Origin: Eledone cirrhosa
Taxonomy: Eukaryota
Assembly: GCA_964016885.1 (NCBI GenBank)
Contig: OZ024740.1
Location: forward strand, 9,300,001 to 9,364,000
Length of the DNA stretch: 64,000 nt
Reading direction: 5' to 3'
Of the stretch, positions 1 to 13,800 are shown in pieces (position 1 is the first letter of the stretch; each line of letters starts with the position of its first letter). A program made the translations under genes and the position numbers. A model generated the notes under the pieces. That model was not told where the DNA came from, made no database searches, and saw only the letters and a program-made list of their open reading frames with translations.

Positions 1-3000
1 TATATCAGTTTCGATTGGTATGTCAGTTTTAATTTGTATATCAGTTTCGATTGATATATCAGTTTCGATTAATATATCAGTTTCTATTGGTATGTCACTT
101 TCGATTAGTATATCAGTTTCTATTGGTATGTCAGTTTCGATTGGAATGTCAATTTCTATTAGTATATCAGTTTCTATTGGTATGTCAGTTTCTATTGGTA
201 TATCAATTTCGATTGGTATATCAGTTACGATTAGTATGTCAGTTTCGATTCGTATGTCAGTTTCGATTGGTATGTCAGTTTTGATTGGTATGTCAGTTTC
301 TATTGGTATATCAGTTACGATTGGTATATCAGTTTTGGTTGGTATATCAGTTTCGATTGGTATGTCAGTTTCTATTGGTATATCAGTTACGATTTGTATA
401 TCAGTTTTGATTTGTATATCAGTTTCGATTGGTATGACAGTTTCTATTGGTATGTCAGTTTCTATTGGTATGTCAGTTTCGATTGGTATGTCAGTTTTAT
501 TGGTATGTCAATTTCGATTGGTATATCAGTTTCGATTGGTATGTCAGTTTCTATTCGTATATCAGTTTTGATTAGTATGTTAGTTTCTATTGGTATGTCA
601 GGTCCGATTGGTATGTTAGTCCTCGATTCGTATGTCAGTTTCTATTGGTATATCAATTTCGATTGGTATGTCAGTTTCACTTGGTCTGTCAGTTTCTATT
701 GTTATGTCAGGTCCGATTGGTATGTTAGTCCTCGATTCGTATGTCAGTTTTTAATGGTATATCAGTTTCGATTGGTATGTCAGTTTCGATTAGTATATCA
801 GTTTCTATTGGTATGTCAGTTTCTATTGGTATATCAATTTCGATTGGTATATCAGTTTCGATTAGTATGACAGTTTCGATTCGTATGTCAGTTTCGATTG
901 GTATGTCAGTTTTGATTGGTATGTCAGTTTCGATTTGTATGTCAATTTCGATTGGTATGACAGTTTTGATTGGTATGTCAGTTTCTATTGGTATATCAGT
1001 TTCAATTGGTATATCAGTTTCTATTAGTATATCAGTTCCGATTGGTATATCAGTTTCGATTTGTATGTCAGTTTCGATTAGTATATCAGTTTCTATTGGT
1101 ATGTCAGTTATGATTGGTATGTGAGTTTCTATTGGTATATCAGTTTCTATTGGTATATCAGTTTTGATTGGTATGTTAGTTTCTATTGGTATGTCAGTTC
1201 CGATAGGTATGTTAGTCCTCGGTTGGTATGTCAGTTTCTATTGGTATATCAATTTCGATTGGTATATCAGTTTCGATTGGTATGTCACTTTCGATTAGTA
1301 TATCAGTTTGTATTGGTATGTCAGTTTCTATTGGTATATCAATTTCGATTGGTATATCAGTTTCTTTAGTATGTCAGTTTCGATTCTTATGTCAGTTTCG
1401 ATTGGTATGTCAGTTTCGATTGGTATGTCAGTTTCTATTAGTATGTCAGTTTCTATTGGCATATCAGTTTCTATTGGTATGTCAGTTTTGATTAGTATGT
1501 CAGTTTCTATTGGTATGTCAGTTTCGATTGGTATATCAGTTTCTATTGGTATATCAGTTCCGATTGGTATATCAGTTTCGATTGGTATGTCAGTTTCGAT
1601 TACTATATCAGTTTCGATTGGTATATCAGTTTCTATTGGTATATCAGTTCCGATTGGTATATCAGTTTCGATTGGTATGTCAGTTTTAATTTGTATATCA
1701 GTTTCGATTGATATATCAGTTTCGATTAATATATCAGTTTCTATTGGTATGTCACTTTCGATTAGTATATCAGTTTCTATTGGTATGTCAGTTTCGATTG
1801 GAATGTCAATTTCTATTAGTATATCAGTTTCTATTGGTATGTCAGTTTCTATTGGTATATCAATTTCGATTGGTATATCAGTTACGATTAGTATGTCAGT
1901 TTCGATTCGTATGTCAGTTTCGATTGGTATGTCAGTTTTGATTGGTATGTCAGTTTCTATTGGTATATCAGTTACGATTGGTATATCAGTTTTGATTGGT
2001 ATATCAGTTTCGATTGGTATGTCAGTTTCTATTGGTATGTCAGTTTCTATTGGTATGTTAGTTTCAATTGGTATATCAGTTTCGATTGGTATGTCAGTTT
2101 TATTGGTACGTCAATTTCGATTGGTACATAAGTTTTGATTGGTATGTCAGTTTCTATTGGTATATCAGTTTAAATTTGTATGTCAGTTTCGATTGGTATG
2201 TCAGTTTCTATTGGTATATCAATTTTGATTTGTATGTCAGTTTCTATTGGTATATCAATTTCAATTGGTATGTCAGTTTCTATTGGTATGTCAGTTTCTA
2301 TTGGTATATCAGTTTCGATTGGTATGTCACTTTCGATTAGTATATCAGTTTCTAATGGTATGTCAGTTTCTATTGGTATATCAATTTCGATTGGTATATC
2401 AGTTTCGATTAGTATGTCAGTTTCGATTCTTATGTCAGTTTCGATTGGTACGTCAGTTTCGATTGGTATGTCAGTTTCTATTAGTATGTCAGTTTCTATT
2501 GGTATATCAATTTCGATTGGTATATCAGTTTCGATTAGTATGTCAGTTTCGATTCTTATGTCAGTTTCTATTGGTATATCAGTTTCGATTGGTATATCAG
2601 TTTCTATTGGCATATCAGTTCCGATTGGTATATCAGTTTCGATTGGTATGTCAGTTTCGATTACTATATCTGTTTCTATTCGTATGTCAGTTTTGATTGG
2701 TTTGTCAGTTTCTATTGGTATATCAGTTTCGATGGTATATCAGTTTCTATTGTTATATCAGTTCCGATTGGTATATCAGTTTTGATTGGTATATCAGTTT
2801 CTATTGGTATATCAGTTCCGATTGGTATATCAGTTTCGATTGGTATATCAGTTTCGATTGCTATGTCAGTTTCTATTGGTATGTCAGTTTCTATTGGTAT
2901 GTCAGTTTCAATTGGTATATCAGTTTCGATTGGTATGTCAGTTTTATTGGTATGTCAATTTCGATTGGTATATAAGTTTCGATTGGTATGTCAGTTTCTA

Positions 3001-6000
3001 TTGGTATATCAGTTTTGATCGCTATGTTAGTTTCTATTGGTATGTCAGTTCCGATTGGTATGTTAGTCCTCGATTCGTATGTCAGTTTCTATTGGTATAT
3101 CAATTTTGATTGGTATGTCAGTTTCTATTGGTATATCAATTTCAATTGGTATGTCACTTTCGTTTAGTATATCAGTTTCTATTGGTATGTCAGTTTCTAT
3201 TGGTATGTAAGTTTCGATTACTATATCAGTTTCTATTCGTATGTCAGTTTTGATTGGTTTGTCAATTTCTATTGGTATATCAGTTTCGATGGTATATCAG
3301 TTTCTATTGTTATATCAGTTCCGATTGGTATATCAGTTTCGATTGGTATATCAGTTTCTATTGGTATATCAGTACCGATTGGTATATCAGTTTCGATTTG
3401 TATGTCAGTTTCGATTAGTATATCATTTTCTATTGCTATGTCAGTTATGATTGGTATGTGAGTTTCTATTGGTATATCAGTTTCTATTGGTATATCAGTT
3501 TCTATTGGTATATCAGTTACGATTGGTATATCAGTTTCGATTGGTATATCAGTTTCGATTGGTATGTCCGTTTCTATTGGTATGTCAGTTTCTATTGGTA
3601 TGTCAGTTTTATTGGTACGTCAATTTCGATTGGTACATAAGTTTTGATTGGTGTGTCAGTTTCTATTGGTATATCAGTTTAAATTTGTATGTCAGTTTCG
3701 ATTGGTACGTCAGTTTCTATTGGTATATCAATTTTGATTGGTATGTCAGTTTCTATTGGTATATCAATTTCAATTGGTATGTCAGTTTCTATTGGTATGT
3801 CAGTTTCTATTGGTATATCAGTTTCGATTGGTATGTCACTTTCGATTAGTATATCAGTTTCTAATGGTATGTCAGTTTCTATTGGTATATCAATTTCGAT
3901 TGGTATATCAGTTTCGATTAGTATGTCAGTTTCGATTCTTATGTCAGTTTCGATTGGTATGTCAGTTTCGATTGGTATGTCAGTTTCTATTAGTATGTCA
4001 GTTTCTATTGGTATATCAGTTTCTATTGGTATGTCAGTTTTGATTGGTATGTCAGTTTCTATTGGTATATCAGTTTCGATTGGTATATCAATTTCTATTG
4101 GCATATCAGTTCCGATTGGTATATCAGTTTCGATTGGTATGTCAGTTTCGATTACTATATCTGTTTCTATTCGTATGTCAGTTTTGATTGGTATGTCAGT
4201 TTCTATTGTTATATCAGTTCCGATTGGTATATCAGTTTCGATTGGTATATCAGTTTCTATTAGTATATCAGTTCCGATTGGTATATCAGTTTCGATTGGT
4301 ATATCAGTTTCGATTGCTATGTCAGTTTCTATTGGTATGTCAGTTTCTATTGGTATGTCAGTTTCAATTGGTATATCAGTTTCGATTGGTATGTCAGTTT
4401 TATTGGTATGTCAATTTCGATTGGTATATAAGTTTCGATTGGTATGTCAGTTTCTATTGGTATATAAGTTTTGATCGTTATGTTAGTTTCTATTGGTATG
4501 TCAGTTCCGATTGGTATGTTAGTCCTCGATTCGTATGTCAGTTTCTATTCGTATATCAATTTTGATTGGTATGTCAGTTTCTATTGGTATATCAATTTCA
4601 ATTGGTATGTCAGTTTCTATTGGTATGTCAGTTTCTATTGTTATATCAGTTTCGATTGGTATGTCACTTTCGTTTAGTATATCAGTTTCTATTGGTATGT
4701 CAGTTTCTATTGGTATATCAATTTCGATTGGTATATCAGTTTCGATTAGTATGTCAGTTTCGATTCTTATGTCAGTTTTCATTGGTATGTCAGTTTCGAT
4801 TGGTATGTCAGTTTCTATTAGTATGTCAGTTTCTATTGGTATATCAGTTTCTATTGGTATGTCAGTTTTGATTGGTATGTAAGTTTCTATTGGTATATCA
4901 GTTCCGATTGGTATATCAGTTTTGATTGGTATGTCAGTTTCGATTACTATATCAGTTTCTATTCGTATGTCAGTTTTGATTGGTTTGTCAATTTCTATTG
5001 GTATATCAGTTTCGATGGTATATCAGTTTCTATTGTTATATCCGTTCCGATTGGTATATCAGTTTCGATTGGTATATCAGTTTCTATTGGTATATCAGTT
5101 CCGATTGGTATATCAGTTTCGATTGGTATGTCAGTTTCTATTGGTATATCAGTTTCGATTGATATATCAGTTTCGATTAATATGTCAGTTTCAATTGGTA
5201 TGTCAGTTTCGATTAGTATATCAGTTTCTATTGGTATGTCAGTTTCGATTGGTATGTCAGTTTCTATTGGTATATCAGTTTCGATTGGTATATCAGTTTT
5301 GATTTGTATATCAGTTTCGATTGGTATGACAGTTTCTATTGGTATGTCAGTTTCTATTGGTATGTCAGTTTCGATTGGTATGTCAGTTTTATTGTTAAGT
5401 CAATTTCGATTGGTATGTCAGTTTCTATTCGTATATCAGTTTATATTTGTATGTCTGTTTCGATTGGTATGTCTGTTTCTATTGGTATATCAATTTCGAT
5501 TGGTATATCAGTTTCGATTAGTATGACAGTTTCGATTCGTATGTCAGTTTCGATTCGTATGTCAGTTTTGATTGGTATGTCAGTTTCGATTGTTATATCA
5601 GGTCTGATTGGTATGTTAGTGCTCGATTCGTATGTCAGTTTCTATTGGTATGTCAGTTTCTATTGGTATATCAATTTCGATTGGTATATCAGTTTCGATT
5701 AGTATGACAGTTTCGATTCGTATGTCAGTTTCGATTCGTATGTCAGTTTTGATTGGTATGTCAGTTTCGATTTGTATGTCAATTTCGATTGGTATGACAG
5801 TTTTGATTGGTATGTCAGTTTCTATTGGTATATCAGTTTCGATTGGTATATCAGTTTCTATTGGTATATCAGTTCCGATTGGTATATCAGTTTCGATTTG
5901 TATGTCAGTTTCGATTAGTATATCAGTTTCTATTGGTATGTCAGTTATGATTGGTATGTGAGTTTCTATTGGTATATCAGTTTCGATTGGTATATCAGTT

Positions 6001-6699
6001 TCTATTGGTATATCAGTTCCGACTGGTATATCAGTTTCGATTTGTATGTCAGTTTCGATTAGTATATCAGTTTCTATTGCTATGTCAGTTATGATTGGTA
6101 TGTGAGTTTCTATTGGTATCTCAGTTTCTATTGGTATATCAGTTTTGATTGGTATGTTAGTTTCTATTGGTATGTCAGTTCCGATTGATATGTTAGTCCT
6201 CGATTGGTATGTCAGTTTCTATTGGTATATCAATTTCGATTGGTATATCAGTTTCCATTGGTATGTCACTCTCGATTAGTATATCAGTTTCTATTGGTAT
6301 GTCAGTTTCTATTGGTATATCAATTTCGATTGGTATATCAATTTCGATTAGTATGTCAGTTTCGATTCTTATGTCAGTTTCGATTGGTATGTCAGTTTCG
6401 ATTGGTATGTCAGTTTCTATTAGTATGTCAGTTTCTATTGGTATATCAGTTTCTATTGGTATGTCAGTTTTGATTAGTATGTCAGTTTCTATTGGTATAT
6501 CAGTTTCTATTGGTATATCAGTTTCTATTGGTATGTCAGTTCCGATTGGTATGTCAGTTTTGATTGGTATGTCAGTTTCTATTGGTATATCAGTCTCGAT
6601 TTGTATAACAGTTTCTATTGGTATATCAGTTCCGATTGGTATATCAGTTTCGATTGGTATGTCAGTTTCGATTACTATATCAGTTTCTATTCGTATGTC
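1..6699. repeat. 18-bp satellite array, segment 1 (domain A), consensus ATTGGTAT(A/G)TCAGTTTC(G/T)
   Basis: Continuous head-to-tail monomers with point variants and occasional 17- and 19-bp monomers. Runs off the left edge of the window. Confidence 0.99.
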
Positions 6700-7895
6700 G
6701 GGGAAATGGTCGTGCTCGGTGTGTAGGAAAGGCGTAGGTAGAAACTCCATTTTATGTCCTAAATGCAAAGTATGGGTGCATAAAAGATGTAGTGGGATCA
6801 CAGGTAAGCTAACTAAGAACATAGATTTTACATGTGGCCGGTGCTCTGGTGCAATAAGTAGCAGCAAGTGCCCACACAATACTAGCTCTTTCAATTGCGC
6901 AGAGGGTTCTATAGAAATAGTGGACAGCTTCCGTTACCTGGGCGATAAAATCAGCAGTGGGGGAGGGTGCTCTGAAAGTACTGTAGCTAGAGTCAGAACT
7001 GGTTGGAAAAAGTTCAGAGAGCTTATACCACTATTAGCTGCTAAAGGGTTCTCACTAAAAATGAAAGGCAGGTTGTACGATGCCTGCATACGAACAGCAA
7101 TGCTGCATGGCAGTGAGACCTGGGCATTGTGTGCAGAGGATATACGCAGACTAGAGAGGAACGAAGCTTGCATGCTCCGCTGGATGTGTAACAGTAATAT
7201 ACGTGAACGGCAAAGCATAAACGAACTAAGGAATAAATTAGAGATAAGAGGGATCAGATGTTGTTTACTCGAGAGAAGGCTACGTTGGTATGGACACGTG
7301 ATGCGCATGAAAGTCGATAGCTGTATAACAAAGTGCAGGGCAATAAAGATAGACGGTAGTCACGGAATAGGCAGACCTAGAAAAACCTGGGACGAGCTGA
7401 TAAACTCCGACATCACACACTTACACCTCTCCAAGACAATGTCACTGGACCGAGACCTTTGGCGGTACTCAGTAACAGAGAAGACCCGCCTTACCTAAAT
7501 ATATAGTAAAACCTACTCCAGCCAGTAGGCATCTCTAACAAAATACACCCCGTCCCACCACCCCCACCCCCACCCGATCCACACCACCCCGTTCTATGTA
7601 AAGTTATGTTGGTGCCGCGCCATCGAGGCCGAAACAAATGAGATCGTGTAGGTGTCACGACAAAAAAACACACAGTCCACGCTGTAATGTGGCCGTGTAG
7701 GCAACACGGTAAAAACCTCCCAGACCCACACTGTAAATGTGGTTGGTGTTAGGAAGGGCATCCAACTGTAGAAAACCTGCCAGACAGTCCTATGCGAGCA
7801 AGACAATCACTCTTGCCTCAAGTGGGACTACCCCCGTCCAAACCCATGCAAGCGTGGAACACGGACGTTAAACGTTGATGATGATGATGATGATG
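6700..7895 (+). mobile_element. 5'-truncated RTE-like LINE, copy 1 (~1.2 kb)
   Basis: Nearly identical to ~54846-56043 of the full-length copy. Ends in (TGA)7 tail starting at 7876. Flanked by ATGTC at 6695-6699 and 7896-7900. Confidence 0.97.
6701..7498 (+). pseudogene. C-terminal fragment of the LINE ORF (PHD-like finger, FRYLG motif, C-terminus)
   Basis: GKWSCSVC...EKTRLT* matches the end of the 1056-aa ORF. Lacks the endonuclease and YADD core. Confidence 0.93.
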
Positions 7896-10800
7896 ATGTC
7901 AGTTTTGATTGGTTTGTCAATTTCTATTGGTATTTCAGTTTCGATGGTATATCAGTTTCTATTGTTACATCAGTTCCGATTGGTATATCAGTTTCGATTG
8001 GTATATCAGTTTTTATTGGTACATCAGTTCCGATTGGTATATTAGTTTCGATTGGTATGTCAGTTTCTATTGGTATATCAGTTTCGATTGATATATCAGT
8101 TTCGATTAATATGTCAGTTTCTATTGGTATGTCAATTTCGATTAGTATATCAGTTTCTATTGGTATGTCAGTTTCGATTGGTATGTCAGTTTCTATTGGT
8201 ATATCAGTTTCGATTGGTATATCAGTTTTGATTTGTATATCAGTTTCGATTGGTATGACAGTTTCTATTGGTATGTCAGTTTCTATTGGTATGTCAGTTT
8301 CGATTGGTATGTCAGTTTTATTGGTATGTCAGTTTTATTGGTATGTCAATTTCGATTGGTATATCAGTTTCGATTGGTATGTCAGTTTCTATTGGTATAT
8401 CAGTTTTGATTGGTATGTTAGTTTCTATTGGTATGTCAGGTCTGATTGGTATGTTAGTCCTCGATTCGTATGTCAGTTTCTATTGGTATATCAATTTCGA
8501 TTGGTATGTCAGTTTCTATTGGTCTGTCAGTTTCTATTGGTATATCAGTTTCGATTGGTATGTCAGTTTCGATTAGTATATCAGTTTCTATTGGTATGTC
8601 AGTTTCTATTGGTATATCAATTTCGATTGGTATGACAGTTTTGATTGGTATGTCAGTTTCTATTGGTATATCAGTTTCGATTGGTATGTCACTTTCGATT
8701 AGTATATCAGTTTCTATTGGTATGTCAGTTTCTATTGGTATATCAATTTCGATTGGTATATCAGTTTCGATTAGGATGTCAGTTTCGATTCTTATGTCAG
8801 TTTCGATTGGTATGTCAGTTTCGATTTGTATGTCAGTTTCTATTAGTATGTCAGTTTCTATTGGTATATCAGTTTCTATTGGTATGTCAGTTTTGATTAG
8901 TATGTCAGTTTCTATTGGTATATCAGTTTCGATTGGTATATCAGTTTCTATTGGTATATCAGTTCCGATTGGTATATCAGTTTCGATTGGTATGTCAGTT
9001 TCGATTAGTATATCAGTTTCTATTGGTATGTCAGTTATGATTGGTATGTCAGTTTCGATTTGTATGTCAGTTTCTATTAGTATGTCAGTTTCTATTGGTA
9101 TATCAGTTTCTATTGGTATGTCAGTTTCGATTGGTATGTCAGTTTCTATTAGTATGTCAGTTTCTATTGGTATATCAATTTCGATTGGTATATCAGTTTC
9201 GATTAGTATGTCAGTTTCGATTCTTATGTCAGTTTCTATTGGTATATTAGTTTCGATTGGTATATCAGTTTCTATTGGCATATCAGTTCCGATTGGTATA
9301 TCAGTTTCGATTGGTATGTCAGTTTCGATTACTATATCTGTTTCTATTCGTATGTCAGTTTTGATTGGTTTGTCAGTTTCTATTGGTATATCAGTTTCGA
9401 TGGTATATCAGTTTCTATTGTTATATCAGTTCCGATTGGTATATCAGTTTTGATTGGTATATCAGTTTCTATTGGTATATCAGTTCCGATTGGTATATCA
9501 GTTTCGATTGGTATATCAGTTTCGATTGCTATGTCAGTTTCTATTGGTATGTCAGTTTCTATTGGTATGTCAGTTTCAATTGGTATATCAGTTTCGATTG
9601 GTATGTCAGTTTTATTGGTATGTCAATTTCGATTGGTATATAAGTTTCGATTGGTATGTCAGTTTCTATTGGTATATCAGTTTTGATCGCTATGTTAGTT
9701 TCTATTGGTATGTCAGTTCCGATTGGTATGTTAGTCCTCGATTCGTATGTCAGTTTCTATTGGTATATCAATTTTGATTGGTATGTCAGTTTCTATTGGT
9801 ATATCAATTTCAATTGGTATGTCAGTTTCTATTGGTATGTCAGTTTCTATTGGTATATCAGTTTCGATTGGTATGTCACTTTCGTTTAGTATATCAGTTT
9901 CTATTGGTATGTCAGTTTCTATTGGTATGTAAGTTTCGATTACTATATCAGTTTCTATTCGTATGTCAGTTTTGATTGGTTTGTCAATTTCTATTGGTAT
10001 ATCAGTTTCGATGGTATATCAGTTTCTATTGGTATTTCAGTTTCTATTGTTATGTTAGTCCTCGATTTGTATGTCAGTTTCTATTGGTATGTCAGTTTCT
10101 ATTGGTATGTCAGTTTCAATTGGTATATCAGTTTAGATTGGTATGTCCGTTTTATTGGTATGTCAATTTCGATTGGTATATAAGTTTCGATTGGTATGTC
10201 AGTTTCTATTGGTATATCAGTTTATATTTGTATGTCAGTTTCGATTGGTATGTCAGTTTCTATTGGTATATCAGTTTTGATTGGTATGTTAGTTTCTATT
10301 GGTATGTCAGTTCCGATTGGTATGTTAGTCCTCGATTCGTATGTCAGTTTCTATTGGTATATCAATTTTGATTGGTATGTCAGTTTCTATTGGTATATCA
10401 GTTTCGATTGGTATGTCAGTTTCGATTGGTATGTCAGTTTCTATTAGTACGTCAGTTTCTATTGGTAAATCAGTTTCTATTGGTATGTCAGTTTTGATTG
10501 GTATGTCAGTTTCTATTGGTATATCAGTTTCGATTGGTATATCAGTTTCTATTGGTATATCAGTTCCGATTGGTATATCAGTTTCGATTGGTATGTCAGT
10601 TTCGATTACTATATCAGTTTCTATTCGTATGTCAGTTTTGATTGGTTTGTCAGTTTCTATTGGTATATCAGTTTCGATGGTATATCAGTTTCTATTGTTA
10701 TATCAGTTCCGATTGGTATATCAGTTTCGATTGGTATATCAGTTTCTATTGGTATATCAGTTCCGATTGGTATATCAGTTTCGATTGGTATGACAGTTTC

Positions 10801-13800
10801 TATTGGTATGTCAGTTTCGATTGATATATCAGTTTCGATTAATATGTCAGTTTCTATTGGTATCTCAGTTTCGATTAGTATATCAGTTTCTATTGGTATG
10901 TCAGTTTCGATTGGTATGTCAGTTTCTATTGGTATATCAGTTTCGATTGGTATATCAGTTTCGATTGGTATGACAGTTTCTATTGGTATGTCAGTTTCTA
11001 TTGGTATGTCAGTTTCGATTGGTATGTCAGTTTTATTGGTATGTCAATTTCGATTGGTATATCAGTTTCGATTGGTATGTCAGTTCCTATTCGTATATCA
11101 GTTTATATTTGTATGTCTGTTTCGATTGGTATGTCAGTTTCTATTAGTATATCAGTTTTGATTGGTATGTTAGTTTCTATTTGTATGTCAGGTCCGATTG
11201 GAATGTTAGTCCTCGATTCGTATGTCAGTTTCTATTGGTATATCAATTTCGATTGGTATGTCAGTTTCTATTGGTCTGTCAGTTTCTATTGGTATATCAG
11301 TTACGATTGGTATGTCAGTTTCGATTAGTATATCAGTTTCTATTGGTATGTCAGTTTCTATTGGTATATCAATTTCTAGTGGTATATCAGTTTCGATTAG
11401 TATGTCAGTTTCGATTCGTATGTCAGCTTCGATTGGTATGTCAGTTTTGATTTGTATGTCAATTTCGATTGGTATGACAGTTTTTATTGGTATGTCAGTT
11501 TCTATTGGTATATCAGTTTCGATTGGTATATCAGATTCTATTGGTATATCAGTTCCGATTGGTATATCAGTTTCGATTTGTATGTCTGTTTCGATTAGTA
11601 TATCAGTTTCTATTGGTATGTCAGTTATGATTGGTATGTGAGTTTCTATTGGTATATCAGTTTCTATTGGTATATCAGTTTCTATTGTTATATCAGTTCC
11701 GATTGGTATATCAGTTTCGATTGGTATATCAGTTTCTATTGGTATATCAGTTCCGATTATTATATCAGTTTCGATTGGTATGTCAGATTCTATTGGTATA
11801 TCAGTTTCGATTGATATATCAGTTTCGATTAATATGTCAGTTTCTATTGGTATGTCAGTTTCGATTAGTATATCAGTTTCTATTGGTATGTCAGTTTCGA
11901 TTGGTATATCAGTTTCGATTGGTATGACAGTTTCTATTGGTATATCAGTTTCGATAGGTATATCAGTTTTGATTGGTATATCAGTTTCTTTTGTTATGTT
12001 AGTTTCTATTGGTATATCAATTTCGATTGGTATATCAGTTCCGATTAGTATGTCAGTTTCAATTCATATGTCAGTTTCGATTGGTATGTCAGTTTTGATT
12101 GGTATGACAGTTTTGATTGGTATGTCAGTTTCTATTGGTATATCAGTTTCGATTGGTATATCAGTTTCTATTGGTATATCAGTTCCGATTGGTATATCAG
12201 TTTCCATTTGTATGTCAGTTTCGATTAGTATATCAGTTTCTATTGGTATATCAGTTTCTATTGGTATATCAGTTTCAATTGGTATGTCAGTTTCTATTGT
12301 TATGTTAGTCCTCGATTTGTATGTCAGTTTCTATTGGTATATCAATTTCGATTGGTATGTCAATTTCTTTCGGTATGTCAGTTTCTATTGGTAAATCAAT
12401 TTCGATTGGTATGTCAGTTTTTATTTGTATATCAGTTTCGATTGGTATGTCAGTTTCGATTTGTATGTCAGTTTCAATAGGTATATCAGTTTCGATTCGT
12501 ATGTCAGTTTCTATTGGTATATCGGTTTCCATTGGTATATCAGTTTCAATTGGTATGTCATTTTCTCTTTGTATATCAGTTTCTATTAGTATGTCAGTTT
12601 CTATTGGTATGTCAGTTTCGATTTGTATGACAGTTTCTATTGGTATATCAGTTTCGATTGGTATATCAGTTTCGATTGGTATATCAGTTTCGATTGGTAT
12701 GTCAGTTTCTATTGGTATGTCAGTTTTTATTGGTATGTCAGTTTCAATTGGTATATCAGTTTTGACTGGTATGTCAGTTTTATTGGTATGTCAATTTCGA
12801 ATGGTATAGCAGTTTCGATTGGTATGTCAGTTTCTATTGGTATATCAGTTTATATTTGTATGTCAGTTTCGATTGGTATGTCAGTTTCTATTGGTATATC
12901 AGTTCCGATTGGTATGTTAGTCCTCGATTCGTATGTCAGTTTCTATTGGTATTTCAATTTCGATTGGTATGTCAGTTTCTTTTGGTATGTCAGTTCCTAT
13001 TGGTATATCAGTTTCGATTGGTATGTCACTTTCGATTAGTATGTCAGTTTCGATTCTTATGTCAGTTTCGATTGGTATGTCAGTTTCGATGGGTATGTCA
13101 GTTTCTATTAGTATGTCAGTTTCTATTGGTATATCAGTTTCTATTGGTATGTCAGTTTTGATTAGTATGTCAGTTTCTATTGGTATATCAGTTTCGATTG
13201 GTATATCAGTTTCTATTGGTATATCAGTTCCGAATGGTATATCAGTTTCAATTTGTATGTCAATTTCGATTAGTATATCAGTTTCTATTGGTATGTCAGT
13301 TATGATTGGTATGTCAGTTTCTATTGGTATATCAGTTTCTATTGGTATATCAGTTTCTATTGGTATGTCAGTTTCTATTGTTATGTTAGTCCTCAATTTG
13401 TATGTCAGTTTCTATTGGTATATCAATTTCGATTGGTATATCAGTTTCGATATGTATGTCAGATTCTATTGGTATGTCAGTTTTTATTGGTATGGCGGTT
13501 TCAATTGGTATATCAGTTTTGATTGGTATGTCAGTTTTATTGGTATGTCAATTTCGATTGTGATATCAGTTTCGATTGGTATGTCAGTTTCTATTGGTAT
13601 ATCAGTTTCGATTGGTATATCAGTTTCTATTGGTATATCAGTTCCGATTGGTATGTCAGTTTCGATTACTATATCAGTTTCTATTGGTATGTCAGTTTTG
13701 ATTGGTTTGTTAGTTTCTATTGGTATATCAGTTTCGATTGGTATATCAGTTTCTATTGTTATATCAGTTCCGATTGGTATATCAGTTTCGATTGGTATAT

